In this document: positions 1 through 13,022 of the stretch, piece by piece
Position numbering within the stretch: position 1 is the stretch's first letter
Layout of the letters: the number at the start of each line of letters is the position of its first letter
Origin: Lama glama
Lineage: Eukaryota
Length of the DNA: 64,000 nt
Direction of reading: 5' to 3'
NCBI GenBank assembly: GCA_028534125.1
Contig: CM052816.1
Coordinates: 91,328,001-91,392,000 of the forward strand
Translations under genes and position numbers: made by a program
Notes under the pieces: generated by a model
What the model saw: the letters and a program-made list of their open reading frames with translations, nothing else
Database searches by the model: none
Told to the model about the DNA's origin: nothing

Positions 1-385
1 AATATCATATGATATCACTTATTTATGGAATCTAACAAAATGGTACAACTGAACTTATTTACAAACCAGAAATAGACTCACACACATAGAAAACAAACTA
101 TGGTTACCAAAGAAGAAAGGGGAGAGGGGATAATGAGGAAAATTGGGAATTTGGGATTAACATATATGTACTATTATATATAAAATAGATAAGCAACAAG
201 GACCTACTGTGTAGCATAAGGAACTGTATTAAATATCTTGTAATAACATATCATGGAAAAATATTAATAAGAATATATATATATGTGAGTGTGTGTATGT
301 ATTTGGATAAATGAATCACTTTGCTGAGCACCTGAAACTAATACAACATTATGAATCAACTATACCTGAATAAAAAATAATTTTT
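1..385 (+). mobile_element. LINE-1 3' end (3' UTR and A-rich tail), cut by the window start
   Basis: Typical laurasiatherian L1 3' UTR (GATATCACTTATTTATGGAATCTAA...AACAAGGACCTACTG...AATCAACTATAC) followed by AATAAAAAA. Confidence 0.85.
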
Positions 386-1074
386 TAAATGGGGAAGGAA
401 ATAAACAAGAGACTTTCAGTTAAATATGTAGACTTGATTACACATGTGCAAACAATTCTGCCCTTCCAAAACCTTACTAAGATGACAATTATAGAGCTTT
501 TGGAAAGGCAAAAAGCTCAGAGGATAAAAAGAAAAGGCGTAAAGGGAATAGCAACATAATTTTGGGAACTAGAAAGGAAATGAGCAAGTGGTAACTGAAT
601 TAGCAATGCAGAAGAAATTGAAATATAAATCGGAGAGGGAAAGCCAAGTCAGGTTTTATCACAAAAGTCCAGAAATGGACATTTTTGGAAATGGAAAGTA
701 CTGCATACCTCTGAAAATGGGGTTTGCGTGGGACTGAAGACAGATAGATTGTCTACAAGTACTTATATGTTATAAGCAGTTACCCCCAGGTCTCTTTTCT
801 TCTTCCATTTTAATCCTGATTCTAGCTCCTCCTACCTGGCAGAAGACTTGAGGATTATTCTATGAAGAATTTGAAGCAGGAAATTCAGGCTTGGGAATTT
901 CTGGCTGATGGTGGAGATACTGAAAACAAGGGCATTTAATGAAACATGACATACTTCATGGGAACAGTTCAATCTCCTGTCCCCTTTTCAATACTGGGAT
1001 CCAGAATTCTTGCACCTAGATGTATATCTCTGAGAAAGAGAAAAGCAACCCCGTATCGCTGACAGCTGGCCTGG

Positions 1075-1420
1075 CAGGACCAGCTAGCTGTTGGTGTGGC
1101 CAGGAGCCAGGACAGGCTGCACAGTGTGTGGCTAGAGCAGTCACACAGGACCCACCACACAGAAAGACCCCGCGCCTGGGGTTTCCTGCTCTGCAATTGC
1201 TGTCTTGAAATTCTTAATTCTTTTTTTTAAAGATGACTTTTATTTTAATGGAGGTACTGGGGATTGGACCCAGGACCTCATGCATGCTAATCACGTGCTC
1301 TACCACTGAGCCCTACCCACCCCCTCTTAATTCTTAATTCATTTGAATCTGTGCTTGTAAACGAAGCCTATGGGCCAAGGAAGCATGCACCATGGGCTTG
1401 GAGCCTCAGCTCAGGAGTGA
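1075..1420. mobile_element. MER45-like hAT DNA transposon remnant, interrupted by the SINE; may extend further
   Basis: GCAGTCACACAGGACCC...GCTCTGC...TCTTGAAATTCTTAAT resembles the MER45 family. Confidence 0.45.
1221..1324 (-). mobile_element. Short tRNA(Ala)-derived SINE, camelid vic-1-like
   Basis: Reverse complement GGGGGTGGGTAGGGCTCAGTGGTAGAGCACGTGATTAGCATGCATGAGGTCCTGGGTCCAATCCCCAGTACCTCCA plus A-rich tail; Pol III A/B-box-like motifs; target-site duplication TCTTAATTC at 1212-1220 and 1325-1333. Confidence 0.85.
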
Positions 1421-3439
1421 GTCCACATTCTAACAGGTTTCGGACCTGCCTCCTCAAAGCCAATTCTCCTGAGCCCCTATGTCCCACTCACCCCGCCCCT
1501 CCAAGTACCTTCCCTCAGGTACCGCTGCCCTCTGCCTGGGACTGAATTCCATGGGTCAGCTGGGGGAGGCCGCACTCCAGCCCAGCAGGGCCCTGGGCAC
1601 ACACAGGGGAGGGTCAAGTTCAGGCAAGATACCCTGGCAGCCAGTGCCAAGAAGTGTTTGATAGGTGGCTTTGCAGAATCTTTTACTTACTCCCCATCCA
1701 GGTACCACAGGCACAGAAGTGCAAGCAACTGGAGAGGGTGGGGAGTGCCGGGTGGTGGGGCATGGCTGCTGTAGGCTGTGCCTTATTTTCTTATTTAGCT
1801 ATTTCAGAAAACGCAGTGTCCTAAATAGAACCAGAGATGATGCTGTCAGGGCTCTCTTTTATGTTCATTAAAATGTGAAAGGGGGAGGCAAAGACTGTTT
1901 GTCCTTATGAGTGACCATAGTAAGGGAAGTTCAGAACACCAGAACAGAAGTCAGACTTGTGATCAGACATGGAAAGCTGGGTTGATTCCTTGCCAGATTC
2001 TTGGTTTCAGTTAGGTTTGTAATACGTTGTTTAATACAGTTAAGAAAACTTCTAGACACAGACTATGCAGGATTAGCTTTGACGAGTTATCTAACTTGGA
2101 GAGAGAAAGCGAGAGACACGACATGGTAGTGAGTGCCTGACAGTCCACCAAGGAGCACGTGCTCTTAAGTGAGTGTTAAATGGGAGGTGAACTTGGTGTT
2201 GACTCTGGGAGCCTCTGGTTGTGTGATCATCGCACACTACTGACAATAATTCTAGTTTTATAGATGTATGTTATTCATACAGCATGGCCCTTACATGCAA
2301 GCCAGCAATTGCATTTGGTGTGAAAATGATGAAACAGCAATCAATGGTGACGTGAAAAGAGACCTGGGCTCGACTGGGTTCAACTTGGGAGGAAGGGAAA
2401 TTCTGCCCTCACTTGGGTGACTGTCAACGATAATTTTTTACACGTGATTTTTGCCAAATAGGCTGATTTTAGAATCTAACCCGGGAACAGTGTGACTTAC
2501 TGTGATTAAAATGTATATTCTCACAATAATCAGCAGGTTACGTGAACACTTGGATTAGTAAAAGCAACATGTTTTATATACATTAGAAACTATAAACATA
2601 ATTTGGGTAAAGTTAACCAACAGCTAAAGCAATCTATCCTCAAAATCATATGAAAACCTTTTTTTCTTCCCAAATCTTGACCTTGGTGCAAAGATGTTTA
2701 TCAAATACTGAGGAAATTAAATTATAGCTACTATCAAACAAATGTTAATGCATCTAATTGTATCAGGTTGGGAGTCATATTCCAAAAGAAATGTAAAATC
2801 TCACAGGAAGAGATTCAGAGTCAGAAATTTTCAGGGCTAAGTAAACACTGTCCAGGAGGTAGACCAGGAAAATGTCTAGTTCTCATCACCCAACAGATAA
2901 GTAATGAGTAAGCTTGGTGAGCACACAGTGGCAGCAGAGGGAGTCAAACTGTTCTGAAGGCTATTTTATCCAGGTTGTGGTGGATCGGGTACCCTGGCTA
3001 CAGAAATTATCTTCCTAGGAGATCCTGATTGAAGATAGCAGAAACCTTCATGCAAAACCCAAACGGAAACCAGGCAAACTATGGACTAGATGCCAAAAGA
3101 TTCCAAAGCAATTTGTTGTTTGAAAGAATGTGTTCCATATAATCATAAAAGTTGCAACTAACCATCTGTTTCAATATCCGGGCATGACGTTGCTGGTCAG
3201 CGTTGTAAAAATGAACATCTTGTTGTTTTTGAGGAGCTCCATTTAGGTTTATCTGAACATATGAAACACTAATGGTGATTAAATTCAACATTATTGTGTG
3301 TTTAGAATGCGAAAAGCATGGTAACAGACACTGGGAGGAAGGCGGGGGGAAAAGAGTTCCTATTCTCGAAGTGTCTGCGGACCAGCAAAAGAGACCAAGA
3401 GTGGGTGTAGAAAGCTGCCCTGAAAGGTGCTACGGGGTT

Positions 3440-5250
3440 ATTTACTTAAGACATTTATTGAACAACTACTATGTGTCTGGCACTGTGCTTAAAGCTGCAG
3501 GTACAGACATTAGAGAGACACTCCCTGCTCTCAAGGTGGTGATGGTGATGATAAGGTTGTTGGGGGCAGAAGGAGAGGCAGGGCTACCTACAGTTACAAT
3601 ACACTGTTCTAAGTGCTGTAACAGAGAAGAGCCCTGGGGTATGCTGAGTCACAGGGAAATGATCCCGCATATTCCCCTTTGGCAGCATCAGGGAATGCTA
3701 CCCAAGGGGTTGACAACTGGGCCAAGCTTGTTAAGATTCAGTGTTTATTCACTGTTTCAATAGACACATACGGACTGACTTCCACCCTCCTCTGGGCACT
3801 GCCCGAGGCACATGGGATCTACAGCAACAACCCAGCTGAGTCCCTGGCCTCATGGAGCATCTTTTCTAGTGGGGGGTGGGGAGAGAGAAAAAGTGAGGAG
3901 ATAAATAAGATACCAGCTATTAAAACTGCTTGGAAATGTTAAGTTCTATGGGGACAAAGCTGAGAGATGTATTGTAACACTGAACCATCTTACTAGTCAA
4001 AAAACCCAGAAACTTAAGTTGTAATATTTTTATTATTACACTGAGTTAACAAATACATCTTCTAAATACAGTGCTAATCTGTTAACTGTGGGCTTATCCA
4101 ACTCATCTGATTAGATCAGCCAATTAAGAAAGGGGTAAAGTGGGAGGAGATATGCCAGAAAGGTGAAGAGAAAATAATAGAGCAAAATATCACACTGGCA
4201 GGTCATGGACCTGGAGGAATACGAAGTCCTTGAGGAACGGCAAATACGTTCAGTGCGGCCAGTGTGCAGGGGATAGGGCAGCAAGCAGTGAAATGGGAAA
4301 GGTGAGCAGGGACCAGGTCGTGAAGTCTGAAGAACTTGGACTTTATCCTCAAGGAAGATTTTAATCATGTCACCAAGATAATTGAATGTTTTTATCAGAA
4401 AGATAAATTTTGCAGTGGAGTAGGGAATAGTTGGAGGGAGGGCAAAGTTGGAGATGGGGGTTAATTAAAAGGTTGCTGCAATAGTCCAGGGGAGAAATGA
4501 CGAGGGTCTGAGCTAAGGCAGAGTCAGTGTAGATGGACGTGAGCTAAATTAAAGGAGGCAGAATCCTTAGGATCCGGTAATTGATAAAGGGTGGTGCCTC
4601 TGTCAGATGCTTCAGTGAGAATGGTGCTGTTCCCCAAGGTGGAGACCTTAGGAGGGATGTATTTAAACAGACAGATCATGAGTCTGGTCTTGAACCTGTA
4701 GCATTTGAGATATCTGAGGGACGATGAAGTGGGTAGGTCCAAGAGGCAGCTGAATCTCTGAGTTCAGGGCTCTGCAGAGTGGCTGAGACAGGAAGCAGTG
4801 AATAGGGAGCAGTTTCGGTGAAGAAGCTCTGGGAGTATCTGAGAGCACTCAGGTGGCCCAGTGAGGAGAGAAGTGGGAACTAGTGAGAAGAGAAGAGAAT
4901 ATTCATCCATGTGCAGGAGAGAGAGAAGAGCCCTTCCCCCCCGGAAACTCAAAAAGACCAAGAAGGAGTTGCAGGGGAGAGAGAGCGGCGTCCTGAAAGG
5001 CCAAGGGAGTTGGAAGCAGGAGGAAGTGGGCAGCTGTCAATTATAACGAAATTGTCTAGTGACAACGAAGTGAGTGGCCACTTTCTCCAGAGAAGTTTTA
5101 GTAGAACATGTGAGTGATGGGGATGAGGGTGAGGGCCATGTATAGGGATGAGGAAGTAGGAAATGATATAAGATTAAAGAATAATTTAGGGATTAAAAGT
5201 GGAGGCAGTGACTAGAAAGAATTCTTTCAAGAATGTTGACTCTGAGAAGA
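3440..5250 (-). mobile_element. Fragmented LINE-2 remnants
   Basis: CATTTATTGAACAACTACTATGTGTCTGGCACTGTGCT (L2 3' end, antisense) and downstream L2-like purine-rich blocks (GCTGCAATAGTCCAGG, TTGAGATATCTGAGG). Confidence 0.65.
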
Positions 5251-5349
5251 AAAAATGAATAGAGCTAGAGAGAATCCAGAAGGAGTCTCCCCTTTGTCAG
5301 TGTCAGAGGCTGAGGGTTATTATTTTAAGCTGAAGCTAACAAAAGCGAA

Positions 5350-5392
5350 AGAGAGATAAAGAGAGAGACAGAGACAGAGACAGAGACAGAGA
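5350..5392 (+). repeat. (GA)/(GAGACA)n simple repeat
   Basis: Visible GAGACA tandem units. Confidence 0.8.
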
Positions 5393-5517
5393 AATTTTGG
5401 GGAAAAGGGTGGCTCTGGCTCCCAGAGGTGGGGATCCACAGATCCAGAGGAGAGATGGAGTGGCTTTCAACTGAAGGCAATTTTTCAATTGTTCTATGAA
5501 AATGTGGCTAAAGAGGG

Positions 5518-6021
5518 GTGATGGTTAATTTTAGGGGTCAACTTGACTAGCCTAAGAGATGTCTAGAGAGTTGGTAAAACATTATTTCTGATGTGGCTGT
5601 GGGAGTGTCTCTGGAAGAGACGAGCATTTGAATCAGTAGACTGAGTAAAGAAGAGGGTCCTCACCAATGCTGGTGGGCATCATCTAATTTGTTGAGGCCC
5701 CAACTAGAACAAAAAGGCCAAGGAAAGAAGAATTTGCTCTCTGTGCTTGAACTGAGACATCCATCTTCTCCTGCCCTCAGACTTCGGTGCTCCTGGTTCT
5801 CAGGCGTACTGACCAGACTGGGCTTATACCACCTGCCCTATTCTCAGGTCTTTGGTCTTGAGCTGAATTACACCACTGGTTTTCCTGATTCTCTAACTTG
5901 CAAAGGGCAGATCATGGAACGTCTCACCCTCCGTAACGGTGTGAGCCAGTTCCTATAATAATTCTCCATATCTATCTCTATCTTTTTGGATCTGTTTCTC
6001 TGGAGGACCCTGACTAATTCA
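5518..6021. mobile_element. MLT2-family (ERVL) solo LTR
   Basis: Characteristic ends GTGATGGTTAATTTTA..GTCAACTTGAC and TCTGTTTCTCTGGAGGACCCTGACTAAT. Confidence 0.85.
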
Positions 6022-6679
6022 AAAGATTGGCTGGGTTGCTTGCATCCCAGATGTTGGGTTTGTGGGCTGGGAAGCTGGAAGCCAACAGAATTCAATGTTC
6101 ATGGGTTCAACTTTCTCTGTGAAGTAGGTGGCAAAGCCAGATGCTGAGTAAGGATGATAATATGTAATCTTAAGCTTGGGAGAGGAGGAGAATAAAGTAA
6201 AAGTCAAAAAAAAGGATGAAAGTAATTCAGCCTAAGGGATAGGATAAGGTTTTGTGAAGGAGGTGGTATTGGATTTGGCCCTAAAGTTGACAAGATTTAA
6301 GAAAATGGAGAAGGAAGAGTAAGTTCCAGGAAGAAGACTGGCATGAGCAGAGGCAAAAAACAGAAGAGTAAAGGTCATGTCAAAGTCATTAACTCATAAA
6401 AGTGAGAATGTTGGTTAGATTCACAGGATACGTGAAAGAAATTACACAGACATAATGATTTAAAAATGTTATACTTGCTTACTTATCTCTAGGGTCCAAC
6501 ATGTTTCCTGGCACAAACATGGGTCCTCAATCAATATATGTTACAGGAATGAGAGCAACTTTGTTTGCTCCACAGAAAATTATAAAAATTACAATAAACA
6601 TCTAAGGACAAGCAATGAACACCATTTCCTTTATTTTTTTAAATAACATCGTATCTCCTCACTTTTCATCTATAGAGGT

Positions 6680-7470
6680 GCTCCAGTTGCTAGTACTACA
6701 TAATAAAATATCCTGAAACTCAGTGGGTTGAAAAGGCAGTCTTTTAAAAATTAAATGTCACAGATTCTGTAGCAAGGAATTCAGGCAGGGCTCGGCTGGG
6801 TAATTCTTCAGCTTCTAGTGACGTTGACTGAGATTACTCAGTGGTACTCAGCTGGCTGACGGGTCACTCAGGGTCCAGGACGGCTCCCCTCACAAACCTA
6901 GTGGCTTGGTGGGGGTGGCTGGGAGGCTGGGCCCCAGCTGAGACTGTGGACTGGAACACCTACATGTGATGTCTCCAGCATGGTGGTCTTGAGTAGTTGA
7001 GTTTCTTAAATTTTGCTTGGCTTCCTACAGAACAGATTCTCAGCAGGAGGTGAGCTTCCCCTCCCGGGGGACAGTTGGTGATATTATCTGGAGATAGTTT
7101 TGATTGTTACAACTGAGGGAGAAGGTACTGCTGTCATCTAATACATAGACACCAGGGATGTTGCTAAATATCCTCAATGCATAGGACAACCCCCACCCAC
7201 TCCTCCCACCAAATGATTATTCAGCTTGGAATATCAATAGCGCTGAGGTTGAGAAAACCTGCAGTGGATCCAGGGAACCAAGAGAAACAGACAGCAGCTG
7301 CGGGCCCTTTTTGAGGTCATGCAGAGTGACTTCCTCCCATTGGATTGGTTACAAAAGAATCACAAAGCCAGTCTGATTCAAAGGGGAAAGGAATAGACTC
7401 CACCTGTTGATGGGGGACTGGCAAAGTCACATTGCATTAGAGCATGTGGATGGCACAGCTCTGGAAAAAA
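6680..7470. mobile_element. Old MLT1 (MaLR) LTR, split by MER20
   Basis: GGAATTCAGGCAGGGCTCGGCTGGG and GATTCAAAGGGGAAAGGAATAGACTCCACCTGTTGATGGG motifs. Confidence 0.7.
7033..7262. mobile_element. MER20 (hAT-Charlie) element
   Basis: TCTGGAGATAGTTTTGATTGTTACAACTG...CCAGGGATGTTGCTAAATATCCT...GCTGAGGTTGAGAAAACCTG. Confidence 0.8.
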
Positions 7471-8129
7471 ACAATTTACTACAATAGAGGTGGAAGCATA
7501 AACAGAAATCTGGGGAGGGGTGGGTGGCGTAGAGGAGTAGCTTTAATGCCCTTAAAAGTCGGGAGTTTTGAATATGTATCAGATCAGATGGGGAAAAAGA
7601 ATGCACGCAGTTAATGTGCTTCACAGAGAAAGCTTCCTTCCAATAGGAAAGTTAAGGGGGAAAACTGCCTCTCCATCTCTGTTCCAATTGACAAGCAACA
7701 ATCAGTGAGAAGTGGACCCATCAGGAAGAGGGTCCTGCTGATTCCTTGGGACGCCAAGGCCGAGAGTATTGAAGCTGAGAGTCCAGAGCTGAGGCCACCG
7801 TGTTTTCAACAGAGATGCTCACTCCCTGAGCTCTTGGTGCCCCTGGAGGTTATCAAGAACAGTTTGTTGCTTGTTTTCAATCTTGTATTGTCCTCCTCTT
7901 AGGGGGACTCATGTGAGGCCTTGTACTGAGCTGAGATCAGCCTGAGTGACAGACTCTGTGCTGTGCTCAGAGCCAGTCCTTCCCGTCTATCTGTGCCTTT
8001 GTCCTTTCACCAAACCTCTGAGCTTCCACTTTGCCTTCCATCAGCACGAGTTCTTTCCCAAGAGTCACCTTGGTCCTTTAAAGTCACCAACTAGCCATGC
8101 TTGATTTGCAGTTGTATTTTGCTTATTTT

Positions 8130-8310
8130 TAAAAATGTATTTATAGGGTATCTTTAAAAGACACATTTGAACAATTTGTCAATATCTTAACATTAGGAAA
8201 TTTCACATCAAGGAAGCTTTCCTGCTTTTTTTGAATCCCTGGAAGATCTAGAAATATTGAACCCACAATCTTGATGGCAACAATTGTCTGGAGTCAGGTA
8301 TCATCTGCCT
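8130..8310. mobile_element. MER103-like DNA transposon fragment
   Basis: GAAATTTCACAT...GGAAGATCTAGAAATATTGAACCC resembles MER103C. Confidence 0.45.
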
Positions 8311-8944
8311 TGGGAGATACTTTGTGGTCAAAATTCTGTGAAATGCAACAAAGGAAATGGCCCATTTTAGGGATTCCCATTCGATGCTGGCGTGTTAAAC
8401 TCCCTGGTACTCCCTGGGAAGAACTGAGTAATGTTGATATTAATGATAATGATAATAATAATAATAACTGTTAAACTTTATTTAATGCAGCATTTTGCAA
8501 TGGACAAGAAAAAATTTCTTTTTTAAAAAAAATAAGTGTACTTTGTGACATGTAGAAACAAAATGTAAACAGTCCATCATGGTAGCCAGTGGTCCAGACC
8601 TGCACGCAAATGCCTGAATCTGGCATCCTTGGTTCATGATATATGTGGAATATATTTTTGCAAAAATGGGTGCAATGATTTCCCTCTCTGTGTGAGAGAG
8701 GGAAATTTTAACCTACACAACTTACACAAAGTCTGTGACTCACACATAGACTTAAAATTCCTTGTGCTTTAGGTCTTGCCTTCACTTGCTGGGTTAGAAT
8801 TCTGAGATCATCATTTGAATCAGCCCAAGCTAGTGTGCTGGAGAGGCCATGTGGTGGAGAACTGAGGTTCCCCAGCCTACAATCCAGGCCAACTGGCAAT
8901 CTACAGGCAATTTTCCAACTAACTACAAATATATGCATGAATAA

Positions 8945-9057
8945 CGTTTAATGAAAAAGAATATGAAAACAAATACATGTACATATATGTATGACTGGGA
9001 CATTGTGCTGTACACCAGAAATTGACCCATTGTAACTGACTGTACTTCAATTAAAAA
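8945..9057 (+). mobile_element. 5'-truncated LINE-1 3' end
   Basis: GACTGGGACATTGTGCTGTACACCAGAAATTGAC...TACTTCAATTAAAAA. Confidence 0.8.
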
Positions 9058-9065
9058 TATATATA

Positions 9066-9127
<62 letters not shown>
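9057..9127 (+). repeat. (AT)n(AC)n microsatellite on the L1 tail
   Basis: Directly visible. Confidence 0.95.
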
Positions 9128-9269
9128 TACATGAACCCAACTGATCTCTCCTGGTGTAAGTGAATCTTCCCAGCTGAGCCTGGCCCAAATTGCCAATGCA
9201 CAGACTCACAAACAAATAAGTCATTTTAAGTTACTAAATTTTGTGATTGTACACCAATGAAAGACAGAT

Positions 9270-9430
9270 ACCCATTACTATCTGATCTTATGCATGGTTT
9301 TTGTTTATTTATTGCCCTCCCTTCTAGGATGTAAGCCTTGTGAAGTCTAGAACTTTGTCTTGTTTGCACTGTGGTCACCAAACCTAGAACAGAGAAGTCT
9401 TTGGGAAAAATTTGTTGAATGAATAAACCA
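9270..9430 (+). mobile_element. LINE-2 3' end
   Basis: Ends ATTTGTTGAATGAATAAA after CTTTGTCTTGTTTGCACTG. Confidence 0.65.
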
Positions 9431-10639
9431 TCTTTCATGGAGTGACCTCATCCAGCTTCTTCTTTTAGGGGAGGGCAGGGAAGAGGGAAAGAGAGGGAAG
9501 AGAAGGAGGTGCTGTTAGGCGAAGTGAGGGGATTATAAATCAAGGTGTCTGGGGTAAACAGCCTTTGAAAAAAAAAATTTAAGTGAAAAATTTCAACCTA
9601 CATAGAAGAGGTTGATTTAACAAACGCCTTCTGAACCTGAATTCCCACTTCAACAATTATTATTCATTTATTTTGAGCAAAAACATTTCTGAAATATCTG
9701 GACAGGACAACACCATTAGATACAGGTGTGTATGTCTGTTTTTTAACTCAATTGATTCTTGGTCTATTAGAGAGAAAAATGACTTGAAGACCCTTTAATT
9801 TTTTCCCGAAATACAATTTTGCAAATGAAGCAGCCACTCTTACTCATAAAACTCCAATCTTTTCAAAGTCTTGGCATATTATTTTAAAGATTGCTATAGA
9901 TTACCTGCAAATTATGAACTCAGTCCAGCAGTCTTAATAAAGAGAAAACACCCACTCGGATGAAAATACAATAAATGTAACTGGTAAAAAGGAAGAAATG
10001 AAAGAAAATGCAAAAGTAAGGCCAAGGTTTGTTTTTTTTAATATGAAACCATCAACACAGGTGAAATAATTTCAGAGCAAAGATCAGAGGCCTGATAATT
10101 TGCAAGGAAGTTAAGAAGGTACCATATGTGTACTGGGAATCCACACGTATGGAGGCATGTGGGCCTGCATCCTCTTGATTGAACAAGTTTTTTAAATGTC
10201 ATTTGCTCAGGTTCTAAATCAATATTAATTTCAAAGGACCAACATTTGAACATCAGCTCTTATTCTTCAAAGCTATTTTACTATCGAATGAATTTATTGC
10301 TAAGATACCTCTGCAAATAATTTTGCTTCCATTATTTTTTAAAAATTAGCCTTTATTTGGTTTATAAAATTGCCTGAGAACCTTAAGCTCCCAAGTAAAA
10401 CTTCCACCTGCCTGGATTTTTACCATTAAAAGACACAAGCAAAACAGTTGAAGCACTTGGACATAAAAAGTGGGCAACTGGATCATGCAAGCTCATATAG
10501 ACTTTAATTATTACATTTTTGAAATCATGCATGTGAAAGAAGGTAGTAAAAATACCTCTGTATCCCACCCTTGCCCACCTGTCCCACAGCGCTTTTTCCA
10601 AGATTCAACAATATGATTGTTTCTTGTATCGTTTTAGAG

Positions 10640-11338
10640 TTATTCAGTACACACCCAGCATTTAGGTAGGTGCCTCCTTTTTATTTCTCTAGGTGATAAC
10701 ATGATGTAAACACTGTCCAGGACACTGTTTTCTTTCCTACCATTTCCAACGTATCTTGGCAATTATTTTATGTTGGAATGACCAGAGCCATCTCAGTGTT
10801 TTCAGCATTGCGGTGTACTCCATCATATAATGTACTATAATTTATTTTACCATTCTCTTATTGATGGAAATTTAAGTTGTTTTAACCTTTTGTTACTGCA
10901 GAAAATGCCACAATTAACAGTCCAGTAGAATGTCTTTAAGCATATGTGTCAGTGCATCTGTAGGGTAAAAGGCCTCAAGTGGAATTGCTGAGGCAAAAGG
11001 TTTACACATTTTAGATTTTAAAAGATATTGACAACATTCATAAAGACTGTGCAAAAATTATACTACCAATAACAATGCATGATGTAACTATTTCTCCAAA
11101 CCCTTGCTCACTCTGTATGCCACATAATTTTGTCAAGATGATAGGTAAGAAATGGAATTATATTATAGCCTTCATTTGCAATTTTATTATTTTGAGATGA
11201 CTATCTTTTCATAAGTTCAAAAATATTTATATTTCCTTCCCTGTGAATTATCTATTCATGAAATTTGGCCATGTCTATAAGCTTATTGGTTTCTTCCTTG
11301 TCAATAATTTATAATAAATCAATAAAATTTATACTAAG

Positions 11339-11340
<2 letters not shown>
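10640..11340 (-). mobile_element. Old LINE-1 (L1M) 3' region
   Basis: CATTCTCTTATTGATGGAAATTTAAGTTG...AAGTGGAATTGCTGAGGCAAAAGG...TTTGCAATTT motifs. Confidence 0.65.

Positions 11341-11341
<1 letters not shown>

Positions 11342-11384
<43 letters not shown>
11342..11384 (+). repeat. (AT)n microsatellite
   Basis: Directly visible. Confidence 0.95.
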
Positions 11385-11387
<3 letters not shown>

Positions 11388-12679
11388 GGCATCAAGGACA
11401 TTAATCTTTTTTTGAATACTGCCTTTTTTTGCAGTTTGCTGTTTGTCAGTTGACTGTGATCATGTTATGGTAGAATTTTTTATATGTTAGCCTATTTTAT
11501 AAACAACACATTCTACTTTTGAAGTTTCCTGTCTGGGAGTCAACACTATAAAGAATATACCGTATTTTTCCTGTGAGTTTAGATTTAATCTAATTTTTTT
11601 AAAAAGTTTGTATATCATCATGCTCTCTAGGTGAAATCTGAAAGGATTCTAGCAGCAACCAGGTGGACAGTGAATGCCCTGAAGTAGAATTTATTCTCAT
11701 AACAATGGACCTTTGAAAAGATTCTGCACCTTAAATGGAAGAGAACATAGCACTTAAGCTCCAGGAAAAGTCTACACGTAAAAATTTACTATCGAAAACA
11801 GAGGTTAATTTGGGGAAATATTTGCTTTCATACTCAATAAAATTTAAGAGTAGATAAATTTTGTGAAATAAGAGATCAGTGAGGAGATGAAAATTCCATT
11901 CTTGCATGAATAGGGATACACCTGAGAGGCAGGTAGAAATAAGAAGTAACTTAATTGCAATGGGGAAGACTGAAAATGATGCAAAAATAAAATTACAGAA
12001 GTCAAATTGTCGTTGGAAAAATAAGTCATTAGATGAAAGACACATACAAATATCTTAGTGTACACAGGGAAAGGACAAAAATACAAAATCGGTGAGCAAA
12101 AATTTAAAAAAAACAGAAAGAAATGAAAATAGAGGACAAACAGCAGAGATGGTGAGATGCTGATCTCGATGGAGACGCAAGAAGGAATGGAATACTATGA
12201 TGATGAGGACAATTTAGCACTCAGTTTTCTCCACTATGAGCTAAAGAAAATAATTCTGGCTAATTTAACAAAGAAAGGAATTTACTTAAAAATATTGAGT
12301 AGCTCACAATATCTCCAAGAAAGTCCAAGAGTTAGGCTTAGAATCTAGGGAACCAGGAAGTAGGCAGATAATCAGGTCAAGATATTACAGCTTGGACAGC
12401 TTAGGTACTGAATGCTCGACCTGAAGTGCTTCCACCTCACTGCTGTGCCTGGTACTTAGATGCAGCTGCCCCACTGTTTCTTCCCATAAATTGATTTATT
12501 TCAAAGTCTGCAGGGGCACATCTCAGTGACTACGCATAGATCATGTACCTGTACGCCAGCCACCAGGAAAGCAGTGAATCCGTGGTGTCTGACATTTTCA
12601 CTTTCTGTAGAGGTACGCAGGCTTTTCCAAATACCACAGGAGATTCTTCAGACATAGAAAAAGCCTAGCTTAAGAGGCA

Positions 12680-12848
12680 CAAACTGCTACATGTAAAGTA
12701 AATAAGCTTCCAGGATATACTGTACAGCATAGGGAATACAGCCCATATTTTATAATACTTTAAATGGAGTATAACCTATAAAAATAATTTTATCACTATG
12801 TTGTACACCTAAAACTAATACACTATTATAAATCAACTATACTTCAAT
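12680..12848 (+). mobile_element. LINE-1 3' end (copy A)
   Basis: GTACAGCATAGGGAATACAGCC...TCACTATGTTGTACACCTAAAACTAAT...CAACTATACTTCAATA. Confidence 0.85.
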
Positions 12849-12927
12849 AGAAGGAAAGAAGGAAAGAAAGAAGGAAAGAAAGAAAGGAAGGAAGGAAGAA
12901 AGAAAGGAAGAAAGAAAGGAAGAAGAA

Positions 12928-13019
<92 letters not shown>

Positions 13020-13022
13020 AAA
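12848..13022 (+). repeat. (GAAA)n/(GGAA)n homopurine microsatellite
   Basis: Directly visible; pure GAAA from ~12930. Confidence 0.95.

Larger units (their letters stand above)
8640..9255. mobile_element. MLT1 LTR interrupted by a short L1 3' end and (AT)n
   Basis: GAGAGGCCATGTGG...CCCAGCTGAGCCTGGCCCAAATTGCC...TTTTAAGTTACTAAATTTTG motifs flank the L1 piece. Confidence 0.65.

Noticed and set aside
1249..1324. tRNA-Ala gene
   Set aside because: Has an A-rich tail and TSD and a degenerate cloverleaf; it is a SINE.
3272..3763. 163-aa ORF
   Set aside because: Runs through LINE-2 remnants; no domain or splice support.
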